Source: a virus (lineage: Duplodnaviria; Caudoviricetes). Taken from it: a stretch of DNA of 64,000 nucleotides. Each line of letters opens with the position of its first letter. The first letter of the stretch is position 1. This document shows, piece by piece, positions 55,209 to 64,000 of this stretch. The stretch is taken from IMG/VR virus record IMGVR_UViG_3300048574_000149, positions 1 to 64,000 of that record. One strand, given 5' to 3'. Under the pieces are notes generated by a model. The model saw only the letters and a list, made by a program, of their open reading frames with translations. It made no database searches and had not been told where the DNA came from. A program made the position numbers and the translations under genes.

Positions 55209-55663
55209 TAAGGAAGGGCCTTGAGTTTGGACGGAGAAGGCTTCAGGCCCGGCTTTCGGGCCTTCAGATCCTTCAGCCTGGCCATCGTCTCCTGCTCGCG
55301 GCGATCGAGGGTGGTCAGTTCGTCTGCAATCTGGCCCAGCCGGCGCTCAAAGGTGACGCGCGCGGAGGGATCCGGATTGGCGGTGTTGACGGTGCGCTCC
55401 AGGTTGAATTTCTCGGAGCGAAGCCCGGCCCGGCGCAGGTCGATCTGTTCCATCTGACCTTCCAGCACCAGGAAGGTGATATCGGCGATCACTTCGGACT
55501 GGGTGGCGACATAAGCCTCGAAACGGGATTCGACATAGGCCTGGGTCGCCGGCACGGGCATACCGGACTGCTGATAGGACACCCAGAGGCCCGCCGTGAC
55601 GCCGAGAGCGCCCAGCAAGGCTTTTGCGTGTTCCGTATAGGACGAGAGGCTGAAGTCGAACAT
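55208..55663 (-). CDS. TM plus coiled-coil protein (lysis block)
   Basis: One TM segment followed by a coiled coil. Confidence 0.6.
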   Translation of the reverse strand: MFDFSLSSYTEHAKALLGALGVTAGLWVSYQQSGMPVPATQAYVESRFEAYVATQSEVIADITFLVLEGQMEQIDLRRAGLRSEKFNLERTVNTANPDPSARVTFERRLGQIADELTTLDRREQETMARLKDLKARKPGLKPSPSKLKALP

Positions 55664-55683
55664 GGTTCGGCGTCCGGGGCGTC

Positions 55684-55697
55684 AGTCAGGAATGACT
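55684..55697. promoter_or_regulatory. AGTCA-N4-TGACT operator (lysis block)
   Basis: AGTCA GGAA TGACT next to GCTATAAT. Confidence 0.85.
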
Positions 55698-55744
55698 GAT
55701 TATAGCGCCCCGGCTCGGGGCTGGAAACAGGATTCGACATGGGG

Positions 55745-57088
55745 CTAGAAAATTACCCCGCCATAGGCCGTGGGCTTTCGCGGCATACCGGTCAGGGCGA
55801 TGCTGGTTTCAAACGGTTGACGAATATTGCGGGTTTTGCGGCGCAAAGCCCCAAAAGTTGCGTCGGTTTCGACACAGAGCCCGATCGACTGGGCGACGTA
55901 ATTGCGAACATAGCCGCCGATGGGCGCCGCTGCGGCCGGAAGACCAGCGACGGTATTCGGCTTGATATTGCCGGTGATATTCGGCCCGACATGGATCGCA
56001 TCGAGAGATCCGTCGGTTTCGACACAGAGCCCGATGGCGCGCTTTTTGAGGCGCGCCGCGGAAAAGGTGGCGTCCGAGGTCGCAGGCTGGCCCGTCAGGC
56101 GACGCTTGTTGCGAACCGCCGCAAAGGCGCTGTCGGTCTCCAGGTTGAGCCCGAATACCTTATCCTTGTGCGAATAGAAGCCCTGCGCGGAATCGGTTTC
56201 GGTCGGTAATGCCGCCCGAATCTGCTTGTTCTTCCAGACCGCAAGGGCCTGGTCACTTTCGATCACCTGCCCGATCGACATCGTGGTGTTGACGATGGCA
56301 ATCAACGGCGCGTCAGTTTCGCTCGCAAAACCGATCGGGCGGTTCTTGAGACGCGCGACCGCAAAGGCACTGTCCGACGCCAGCGATTGCCCGATTGCAC
56401 GAGCTTTTCGTGGCTGAACACCTAGCGAAATACCAGTTTCGATATTCAGCTCGATGTCAGCGATCTTGTCGCTCGTGATTGCCAGTGCTGCATCGGTTTC
56501 AACAGCAAGGCCGATATGACCGATGCGGAACCAGGTGACGGCTTGCGAGGCGTCGGTTTCGGCCGGCAGACCGACGAGCCTGTTCTTTTTGCCTTGCAAG
56601 GTCAGGGAGCTGTCGTCTTCTTCGGCGAGCCCGATATTGATCGGGACCAGAACGCGCGGTGAGAAATCGACTTCCAGCGGCTGGCCGATCGAGCGAGTTT
56701 TTATCCGCGTTGCGGTTGGAACAGCGTCGCTTTCAACACAAAGTTCAGCACTGCATTTTTTGGAATGAGCGACCGAAAAGACGGTATCAGTCTCGGCGCA
56801 AAGTCCTGCAACGCGGCTCTTAATGCGCGTCGCTGTTAGAACGATATCAGTTTCGGTCGTCGCACTGATATTGGCGTATTGAATTGGATTCTTAGCCGGC
56901 AGTTTGCCGGCGATCGGCGCTGCACCAATAGGCAGGCCCGCGACACCCGCATAAAGCGGAGCGCTCACCGAAAACGCGGTATTCGTTTCCGTTGCGATAT
57001 CAATGTAGGTCTGAGGCGTAACCTCAGACGCTACCGGTGCCGCGGCAACCGGTAAGCCGGAGACACCAGCCCGGATTGTCGCGGCCAT
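55745..57088 (-). CDS. Repetitive virion/tail protein (~22-aa ETD repeats)
   Basis: More than 12 imperfect IG...ETD.A......K.R repeats; three GLP.AAAPIA motifs. Confidence 0.7.
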   Translation of the reverse strand: MAATIRAGVSGLPVAAAPVASEVTPQTYIDIATETNTAFSVSAPLYAGVAGLPIGAAPIAGKLPAKNPIQYANISATTETDIVLTATRIKSRVAGLCAETDTVFSVAHSKKCSAELCVESDAVPTATRIKTRSIGQPLEVDFSPRVLVPINIGLAEEDDSSLTLQGKKNRLVGLPAETDASQAVTWFRIGHIGLAVETDAALAITSDKIADIELNIETGISLGVQPRKARAIGQSLASDSAFAVARLKNRPIGFASETDAPLIAIVNTTMSIGQVIESDQALAVWKNKQIRAALPTETDSAQGFYSHKDKVFGLNLETDSAFAAVRNKRRLTGQPATSDATFSAARLKKRAIGLCVETDGSLDAIHVGPNITGNIKPNTVAGLPAAAAPIGGYVRNYVAQSIGLCVETDATFGALRRKTRNIRQPFETSIALTGMPRKPTAYGGVIF

Positions 57089-57101
57089 TTAGATCACCTT
57101 G

Positions 57102-57611
57102 TTAGCCGAAGGTTGGCCAGTCGTGAGATTGCCAGGTAGTGAGGGCTTCGAAATCAAGCCCATTCACTTCGGCTTCCAGGATATTGCTGTGATCGCGAAC
57201 CGCTTTGATCCAATTCCACGCGGCCTGAAGCTGTGCAGCTTCGGTCTCCTCGACGGTCGACCAGGATTCGTTCAGACGCCAGTTGTTTTGCAGCTCGACG
57301 CCGCGCGCAACCATATTGGTTTGCTTCCAGTCTGGAAATACCATGAGAATGATCGAACGTGCCTGGGCCTTAAGGGTATCGACATGCGTCTGTCGGATCT
57401 GTTCGATCGGGCGCGGAACCGGATCGCCAATATCGCTCTGAAAATAAAAGCGCTGATCAACCGGCGCCGACTCGATCACTTCGGTCGCTCCGATAGCGGA
57501 GCGTTCGGCAGGCGTCGCGGTGCGCAGCCAGCCCGGAGAATAATAGACGCCGTCATGGGTGAAACCCATGTCGATCGTTACAATCGCTCCACCAGGAATT
57601 TGAAAACGCAT
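57102..57611 (-). CDS. Tail-fibre assembly-like protein
   Basis: Y.PGWL...T..ER.AIG...DQRFY; C-terminal WP; follows the fibre gene. Confidence 0.6.
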   Translation of the reverse strand: MRFQIPGGAIVTIDMGFTHDGVYYSPGWLRTATPAERSAIGATEVIESAPVDQRFYFQSDIGDPVPRPIEQIRQTHVDTLKAQARSIILMVFPDWKQTNMVARGVELQNNWRLNESWSTVEETEAAQLQAAWNWIKAVRDHSNILEAEVNGLDFEALTTWQSHDWPTFG

Positions 57612-57624
57612 CGTGATCTCCTAA

Positions 57625-60600
57625 TCAGGCCGCGCGGGCATACTTGAAGGGGTTCTCGGCGAACGCCGCGAAGACGAATGCCGCACCCGCTTCGTTGGTG
57701 TGACCGTTTGACGTTCGCATCTTGAAGCCGTTCGACAAGAAATCGACGAGGTTCTGCGTATTGGTTCCTACAGCAGTGCCATTCTCAACTTCGGCGTTGT
57801 TTGCGGCGAGCTTGTTGATGCGAGGATTGTAGGTATCTCGCTTGTTGTCGATCATGACCCATTGACCGCCACTTGCGCCTACGTTCCTGATCAACAGGAA
57901 TGCAGGGCGGAATCCGCACCACACAAAGGTGCCGTCTGCGGTTCCACTGCCAGTGAAGGTGCCGAACTTGCTGAAGCCGTCGACCTCGGTAAAGGCAAAC
58001 GCGACATATTTTGCGCCGTTACTGTTGACGGAGCTTCCAGTGCCAAGCGTGATGACCGAGGAAGTCGGCGTGGTATTATTCCAGTAGAGCGCGCTCACAC
58101 TGGGCGCGGCATTCGAATTAAGCGTGATCGCTCCGCCATTGCCGTAACCACGGTGATAAACCATGCCGATCGGATTTACCGAGCCGCGATCCTTGACGAT
58201 GATGAAATGCGGCACGGCGCTCAGGGCGTGCGAGACGTTCTGGTTGGCGCCGGTGCCGGTATACAGAATTTCATCATAGCCAGGCGTAACACCCTTCTTC
58301 CAGGACCACATCACATAGGTCGCCGACAGGGTATTGACCTTGGAATTGTTTCCAATCAGAGCGCCGTATTTAGACCAGGACAGAACGGTCGCTTCGGCTG
58401 CTTCAGCCGAGTTGAGATCGCTGCCCGATCCGATCGTCGGACCACGGCCTGAATCAATCCAGACGTGACTGGTTGCGCCCGATCGACCCTTAAGCCAGAG
58501 CAGATCCGGCTTAATACCGTTCGCCCAATACGTCGACGGCTCGGACAGATTGGCGCTGCACAACGCCTTGAAATCTGACGTGCCTGAGTAAGCGAATGGA
58601 CGCTGCCCTGTGTTGATTGAAAATGTAGGAGCGCCAGACACGGCCGTGCCAACGTGTGGCGCAACAAGCGTTCCGGCAAGTCCCGTACCTGTCTTAATAG
58701 TCCCTTGCGCCGTGCCGTTCTTGTAGAACTTTAGCGTACCAGCGTCACAATCCAATTCAACGCCTATAATATCGCCTGTAGTCCACGCAGCGCCTAGCGT
58801 GTTCGATGCACCGTTATCGTACCATCCGCCATCGTAACCGTTGTAGTGCCAAGACGGCTGCCCGGTGTTCCAAGGATGGGTATTCTTGTTAATATTAGAG
58901 GTGCATACACCTACAACGTTGTTCGATCCACCTGCGGCTACGCATGTAATCTCCCAACGCCACTTTCCCGTTTTCACCCACATCGAGAATGGGTGAACGC
59001 TATTTATGCCGTAGGAACCATCCAGCGCGCCGTTTGTAATCGTGGCGGACGACGGAACGTCCATGACATTTAAGGTAGCGTAATTCCCGCGCACTTCTCC
59101 ACCAACACCAGTGTCGGTGCCGTAATCGCTAGGCGACTCAAGCAGGCTATCATTACCGCTGCCCGCGGCGACGCTGAAATTGTTCGGCGTCCAGTTGTTG
59201 GAGCCAGCCTGATCCTTACCAAGCGTGGTAGAGGTGGTGTTGCTGTTGTCGGAGAAATTCAGCCGGAAGCCCACGGTGCCGTAGGTCAGACCTGAAATAT
59301 CCTTCGGGATCCAGGCGCCGGTCGTGCCGGTTTCTGCAAACGACGACGCATCCAGCGCCTGGCCGTCGCAATAGGCCAGCTCGGCGATATAACCGTCGAA
59401 ATAATTCGACCCGCCATAGTCACGACCAACACTATAGGCCGCCGTGTTACCGAGCGACGTATTGATGTTGGTAGGCTGAGTGTTGGTGTCAAAGGTGGTG
59501 ACCTGCGTGCCGTTCACGTACAGCCGAGCTGTCGTGTTGGCGGCGTCGAGATATGCCACGATATGCACCCAGGCAGTCGTGTCCTTGAAAACCTGCGTGG
59601 TGACCAATCGGAAATCGTATGCTGCGCCTCCGACGTTGTAACTCATGAACTCCAGGCGATCGTTGGTATCGAAACGAAGCACGGCTTGGTTACCGCCGCC
59701 GGCACCGATCGAGAAAATGCCCTGGAACGTACCGAGCTTAGATCGCTTGACCCAAACCGAGATTGTCGCCTTCTTTTGATCGCCAGCCGCTCCAGGCGTG
59801 CGATTCAGATAGGCACTGTCGGCCGAGTTAAATCGCAGCGATCGCGGCACAATCGAATTCGGATCGGGGCGTCGCTCTTGCTGACCAACCCAGATCGAAC
59901 CACCATTCCCGGTATAGGAATTGATCGTGAAATAGTCCTTACCCTTCTTGATCGCCGGATCCGGAAGGTTATGCGCGCAGAGACACTTGAATCCACTAGA
60001 CGCGGCGTAGTCGAAAACACGCTGGCCAAAATTAAAGCTGTAGTTCCAGCCACTATGACCGAAGGCGACGGGGAAGAACTCGCCAGAGGTTAGGCCGGTG
60101 AAGGCCGTACCCTGCGAAACACCCTGCTTGTAGAAAGTCAGCGTTCCAGCATCGCGGTCAAACTCAACGTCGATTATGTCGCCTGCGGTCCACGCACCAC
60201 CATAAGCAACACCTGCTCCACCTCCGCCATTGTTCAGCTTGTTGCCGCTCGGCATGTAGGCATAAACGTCGGCGCCATTGTAGATTATGTTTGAGCCTTC
60301 AACGCCCTTGATACGAGCGGTCGAGCGAACAATACCAACGCCGCATCCGGACGTAGCTCCTAACGCCGTCGCCTTGATCGAAAACTTCCATTTGCCATAG
60401 GACATGGCAAAGTCACCCGTGACGACAGCAACGTAGGATCCGCCTCCATACGCCCCATCCAGACCACCATTCGACACGGTGACCACGTCGGTATTGCTGT
60501 TGATCCAATTCAGCGTGCAGTAATTGCCGCGGATCTCACCGCCCAAGCCGGCGTCAGTGCCATAGGGCGTCGGCGTGTCCAATAGGCTGTCGTTACCGAT

Positions 60601-61518
60601 GCCCGCGGTGACACTGAAGTTCGTCGGCGTCAGATTATTGCCGAGACCGGAGCTGTCCTTGCCGAGCGTCGTTGAGGTGGTTCCGCTATTATCAGCGAAT
60701 TTCCAGAAGCCGCTATTATTGGCGTAGGTGCCGGAATAAGCCTTCGGAACGATAATTCCGCTCGCAGTATCGGTATCCGTAAAGCTGGCATAGGTCAGCG
60801 CCTGACCATCAATGAAATAGACCTCGGTAAGATAGCCTTCGAGCTGGCTACCCCAACTCGGAACATAGGTTCGACTTGAACCGATCGTAATGTAATAGCC
60901 GCTCGTGGCGATGAGGGTCTGCCCGGACGAGAACGAGTTGGTAGAGCCAGTGTCGAGGACGCCGTTCACCCAGACCTTGCAGCGATCTACCTGCGTCGCC
61001 TGATCAGTATCGATGGATAGACAAATGTGATACCAAGCCGTCGGATCACGAAACACCCTGTTTGACACATAGGGCGTTGACGGGGCGCCGCCCGGATCCA
61101 ACTTGATCTTGAGCTTGTCGTCGGTGTCGAAACAAAAGTAATCCCATCGCGAGCCGGCGCCATCAAAGTTCAAGAGCACCCGCTCGGTGCCAAACTTCGT
61201 CGGCTTCACCCAGCAGGAGAAGGTGAATTTCTTGTTGCCGTTGGTGGCAAGCGTGCTGAGAACTCGATCAAGACGCGGGCTGTCCGCAGCATTAAACCGC
61301 AGCGAGCGAGAAATCTGGTAGGCGCCGCTTGGCCGGCCGAATGCTGGAATGAAGGGGAAGAAAGCAGGATTCACCTGCTTGCCCTTCTCCATACGCTGCA
61401 TGGCACGCTCAATCTGCCGCGCACCAGGCAACGCAATCGTTGGCGCCGGCGCGACGGCAAGAAATGCCGCCAGGCTGAAACCTGCAATCCACGCGATCTT
61501 CTTCTGACGGAGCACCAT
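57625..61518 (-). CDS. Tail fibre/receptor-binding protein with duplicated LamG (ConA-like) + SPRY modules
   Basis: Two copies of SLRFN..DS / T.S.WVK / W.H / GY..E...DGQAL / GD.I.V..D.DAGTL.FYK.G; C-terminal GFRP..., AFAENPFKYARA. Confidence 0.8.
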   Translation of the reverse strand: MVLRQKKIAWIAGFSLAAFLAVAPAPTIALPGARQIERAMQRMEKGKQVNPAFFPFIPAFGRPSGAYQISRSLRFNAADSPRLDRVLSTLATNGNKKFTFSCWVKPTKFGTERVLLNFDGAGSRWDYFCFDTDDKLKIKLDPGGAPSTPYVSNRVFRDPTAWYHICLSIDTDQATQVDRCKVWVNGVLDTGSTNSFSSGQTLIATSGYYITIGSSRTYVPSWGSQLEGYLTEVYFIDGQALTYASFTDTDTASGIIVPKAYSGTYANNSGFWKFADNSGTTSTTLGKDSSGLGNNLTPTNFSVTAGIGNDSLLDTPTPYGTDAGLGGEIRGNYCTLNWINSNTDVVTVSNGGLDGAYGGGSYVAVVTGDFAMSYGKWKFSIKATALGATSGCGVGIVRSTARIKGVEGSNIIYNGADVYAYMPSGNKLNNGGGGAGVAYGGAWTAGDIIDVEFDRDAGTLTFYKQGVSQGTAFTGLTSGEFFPVAFGHSGWNYSFNFGQRVFDYAASSGFKCLCAHNLPDPAIKKGKDYFTINSYTGNGGSIWVGQQERRPDPNSIVPRSLRFNSADSAYLNRTPGAAGDQKKATISVWVKRSKLGTFQGIFSIGAGGGNQAVLRFDTNDRLEFMSYNVGGAAYDFRLVTTQVFKDTTAWVHIVAYLDAANTTARLYVNGTQVTTFDTNTQPTNINTSLGNTAAYSVGRDYGGSNYFDGYIAELAYCDGQALDASSFAETGTTGAWIPKDISGLTYGTVGFRLNFSDNSNTTSTTLGKDQAGSNNWTPNNFSVAAGSGNDSLLESPSDYGTDTGVGGEVRGNYATLNVMDVPSSATITNGALDGSYGINSVHPFSMWVKTGKWRWEITCVAAGGSNNVVGVCTSNINKNTHPWNTGQPSWHYNGYDGGWYDNGASNTLGAAWTTGDIIGVELDCDAGTLKFYKNGTAQGTIKTGTGLAGTLVAPHVGTAVSGAPTFSINTGQRPFAYSGTSDFKALCSANLSEPSTYWANGIKPDLLWLKGRSGATSHVWIDSGRGPTIGSGSDLNSAEAAEATVLSWSKYGALIGNNSKVNTLSATYVMWSWKKGVTPGYDEILYTGTGANQNVSHALSAVPHFIIVKDRGSVNPIGMVYHRGYGNGGAITLNSNAAPSVSALYWNNTTPTSSVITLGTGSSVNSNGAKYVAFAFTEVDGFSKFGTFTGSGTADGTFVWCGFRPAFLLIRNVGASGGQWVMIDNKRDTYNPRINKLAANNAEVENGTAVGTNTQNLVDFLSNGFKMRTSNGHTNEAGAAFVFAAFAENPFKYARAA

Positions 61519-61524
61519 CTGAGA

Positions 61525-62172
61525 TCAGGCTCCGGAGACGTTGAGCGTGTGGCCGATATATTCGAGGTTCGAAGTATCGATCGCGCGGCAGAGCAGATGG
61601 TCTTTCTTGCCGGCGGCCTGCGACCAGATGATATTTTGCGCGGAAAGACCGGTGAATGCGCTGGCGAATGCCAGCGTGTGCGCCGTCGTGAAGCTGATAT
61701 AGAAGGCGTAGTAGGCCTTCGCGATCAGACTTCCGCCGGTCGGGCTCGCCGCGGTGAAGTTCGAACCGTTCACGGTGATCGTGCAGGCTTGCTTGTTGCC
61801 GTTCCAGGCGGTGTTGTGGGTCAGCGCCTGATCACCGGCGAGCACCGTCTTCAGGAAGGTATTCAGCTCGTCGAGCAGCGGCATGTCTTCGGCGCGCGGC
61901 GCGATGAACACCGAGGCGTTGCCGGAGAGGTTCAGAAGCGAGCCGGTCGAGCTGGCGGTCAGCGTGCGCGACAGCGTGGTGCCGGACGAGGTATAGGTGC
62001 CGGTGCCAATTTCCCAGTTCGAGCCGTCGATGATGCAGTAGGAAACGACATCGCCGTTCGAAACGCCGGCGGCCGCAAAGCTATGGTAGCCGGTCAATGC
62101 CGCGCCGAGCGTGAGGGTGCCGATGCTAACCGTAGCAGTCGACATCCATGCGCGATTTTTAACTTTGGCCAT
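61525..62172 (-). CDS. Tail protein
   Basis: NR...T.T...[18 protein letters not shown]...TLSR pattern common in tail proteins. Confidence 0.7.
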   Translation of the reverse strand: MAKVKNRAWMSTATVSIGTLTLGAALTGYHSFAAAGVSNGDVVSYCIIDGSNWEIGTGTYTSSGTTLSRTLTASSTGSLLNLSGNASVFIAPRAEDMPLLDELNTFLKTVLAGDQALTHNTAWNGNKQACTITVNGSNFTAASPTGGSLIAKAYYAFYISFTTAHTLAFASAFTGLSAQNIIWSQAAGKKDHLLCRAIDTSNLEYIGHTLNVSGA

Positions 62173-62206
62173 AGGTCACCTTTGAGCTTTGCGGCAGCGT
62201 TTGCGA

Positions 62207-62557
62207 TTAGAGCGAGCCGGCGACGCGCTCGTAATGCGCCTTCGCCTCGCCACCCTTGGTCGCCACCGCGACACCACGACCAGTCTTGAAGTTGCGGAGA
62301 GCCCAGCGCTCCTTGCGATCGCCCAGCGACTGAATCAGGATGACGAGCGGCTTCTCCGGCCGCGGATCCATGTCGGTGCCGGCGACAGCGTCATTCACCG
62401 CGAGCTTGGCGCACTGATAGGCGGTCTCGATCCAATACTGATCGAAGTCCTTCTCCTCGACGCCGAGCGCCTTCAGGATGGCCGGATAGGCGAGATCGGG
62501 ATCGACAATGAAAGCGCCGCTCTTGTTGCGGCTCATCCATTTGGGAAGCTTGTTCAT
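62207..62557 (-). CDS. Hypothetical protein
   Basis: ORF with its own operator at 62576. Confidence 0.7.
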   Translation of the reverse strand: MNKLPKWMSRNKSGAFIVDPDLAYPAILKALGVEEKDFDQYWIETAYQCAKLAVNDAVAGTDMDPRPEKPLVILIQSLGDRKERWALRNFKTGRGVAVATKGGEAKAHYERVAGSL

Positions 62558-62575
62558 GGCAGGACCTTTTTGAAA

Positions 62576-62589
62576 CGTCAGGACTGACT
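62576..62589. promoter_or_regulatory. AGTCA-N4-TGACT operator (1 mismatch)
   Basis: CGTCA GGAC TGACT. Confidence 0.75.
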
Positions 62590-62591
62590 GG

Positions 62592-63029
62592 TTACTGAGC
62601 GCGGAAGAAGCCTGCGGCGTTGACCTGGAGGGTCACGTCGGAGCCGTCGGTCACGACCGGGAAGTCATGACAGGTGAGCGGAACGCGGCCGGAGTCTGCG
62701 GCCGATTCCTGGTAATAGACGACGGCGTCGGTCAGCGTATTGTTCGCCGCGCCGCCGAGCGCGTTCCAGGTCTGGTCCGGCAGATCCACATCGACGCGAT
62801 CGTTGGTGTCATCCACTGTGATCGTGCCGGTGAGACCGGTCTTGCGGGCATAGTTGGTTGCGTCCGCTTCGGTGCCGCCGTTCGCCAAAATTTCAGCGAG
62901 AGTGTCGCGGTCCTTGAAGGTGGAATCGGCTTCGGCCGCCTTGAGCAGCATGATGCCGAGAGCAGAAGCGCCGTCGCGGACCTTCTCGGCCACGGCGCCT
63001 TTGGCGATATTGAAAACAAAGTCAGCCAT
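62592..63029 (-). CDS. Virion structural protein (tail-associated)
   Basis: MADFVFNIAKG...NYARK...D..D.TW....GSD.T.Q....GFF pattern. Confidence 0.7.
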   Translation of the reverse strand: MADFVFNIAKGAVAEKVRDGASALGIMLLKAAEADSTFKDRDTLAEILANGGTEADATNYARKTGLTGTITVDDTNDRVDVDLPDQTWNALGGAANNTLTDAVVYYQESAADSGRVPLTCHDFPVVTDGSDVTLQVNAAGFFRAQ

Positions 63030-63041
63030 ATCAGGCTCCTG

Positions 63042-63998
63042 TTAGCTAGTGACCAAGTTGCGGACCACATGCAGTGACACCGTCACCTTTGTGATTACAG
63101 CGTTCGTGCTGTTGACGTAGAACCGCAACACATCGCCCTGGCTGAGAGACTTGCTCCAGCCGGTCAGGGTGCTGTCTCGCGATTTGATGGCGCCGCTCAG
63201 CGTCGGCACGGCCGACGCGACAATGGTGTCCGGGGAGCTGGGCGGGAAGCTGGCGTAGCTGATGCGCTGAATATCGACAGCCATCGAGCCGACGACATCA
63301 GCAAGCATGGTGACGCGATCGATGGTGCAGTCGAACGGCACCTCAACGTCGACATACTGGGAAATGCCGATCGGCTGGCCGCCGCCATCGAGGATGGCCG
63401 GAATTGCCGCGTAGAGATCCTTGTTTGGCAGATTGCCGGTTCGATAGAAAATGATGTCGAATTCGCCGTCGGCGGAGAAGGCATCGCCGGAATTGACGTG
63501 CGTGACACTCAGCTTGGAGTGGTTCGCATAATTGACGTTGTCGCCGGACAGCCTGTAGACGCCGTATTGCTTGAAATTGAAGCGGTTGCGAACCAGCAAC
63601 GTGCCGCGATCGGTCGGGATATTTCCGTCATCCCAGGTGCCGATGTAGGAGAAGATGTCGTTGGTGAAATTGTCGATCTTCGCCAGCGAAATCTCGTTCA
63701 CCGCGTTGAGCGTCAGCGAGTTCATCTTGAACTTGCCGGATCCGGGATTGTTCGCCGTCACCGTGTCGTTGTTGAAGACATAAGAGAAGCCGCCGAGGCC
63801 TGCGGTGCCGACCGAGGCAAGTAGCGCCCAGTGGCTATTGGTGGTCGTTGGCAGCGTCGGCGGCGCATTGCCGGCACCAGATGTACCGTTGGTATAGACC
63901 CAGGTCGAACCCTTATCGATGACGATATCGAATTCCTGGTAGACCGCGACGGCGCTGTAGTCGCCACACAGATTGAAGCCGACAACTGAGGATTCACC
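63042..63998 (-). CDS. Tail/structural protein, 3' part (start lies beyond the window)
   Basis: Frame is open from the window edge; C-terminal EVPFDCTI..VT.LAD..GS..VDI...LTGW...GDVLRF.V domain. Confidence 0.75.
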   Translation of the reverse strand, partial: GESSVVGFNLCGDYSAVAVYQEFDIVIDKGSTWVYTNGTSGAGNAPPTLPTTTNSHWALLASVGTAGLGGFSYVFNNDTVTANNPGSGKFKMNSLTLNAVNEISLAKIDNFTNDIFSYIGTWDDGNIPTDRGTLLVRNRFNFKQYGVYRLSGDNVNYANHSKLSVTHVNSGDAFSADGEFDIIFYRTGNLPNKDLYAAIPAILDGGGQPIGISQYVDVEVPFDCTIDRVTMLADVVGSMAVDIQRISYASFPPSSPDTIVASAVPTLSGAIKSRDSTLTGWSKSLSQGDVLRFYVNSTNAVITKVTVSLHVVRNLVTS

Positions 63999-64000
63999 GG

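Noticed and set aside
57625-61518. Diversity-generating retroelement acting on the tail fibre duplication
   Set aside because: No reverse transcriptase in the window, and the duplicated modules differ broadly rather than only at adenines.

Overview
This window is part of a large, GC-rich tailed-phage genome. It most likely belongs to a temperate phage-plasmid of an alphaproteobacterial (Hyphomicrobiales-type) host. Nearly all of the ~95 genes are on the minus strand. They cover nucleotide metabolism (class II RNR, ThyX, dUTPase, HD and MazG-like enzymes), recombination (SbcC/D, RecA, RuvC, 5'-3' exonuclease, SSB) and replication (DnaE with a UDG-like tail, primase, DnaB helicase, ligase). Also present are rIIA/rIIB, a MoxR/vWA pair, a sigma-like factor, an XRE repressor, four tRNAs, three HNH endonucleases, a holin/spanin block and tail genes. 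The gene set resembles SSU5/pHCM2-type phage-plasmids (recognised from memory, not searched). The only plus-strand cassette is a small RHH-like gene, an antisense ctRNA and a repABC-family repC. Main signals not explained by the gene calls: (1) a 14-bp palindrome AGTCA-N4-TGACT found 23 times, almost always at promoters; (2) a 15-aa peptide VEAAKxGDLASAINS shared by four unrelated proteins, including the helicase and rIIB; (3) a C-terminal WGxF tag shared by three unrelated proteins; (4) an Hfq-like protein plus several structured non-coding RNA candidates; (5) an unusual promoter architecture. All product calls come from reading motifs by eye; no database search was run.
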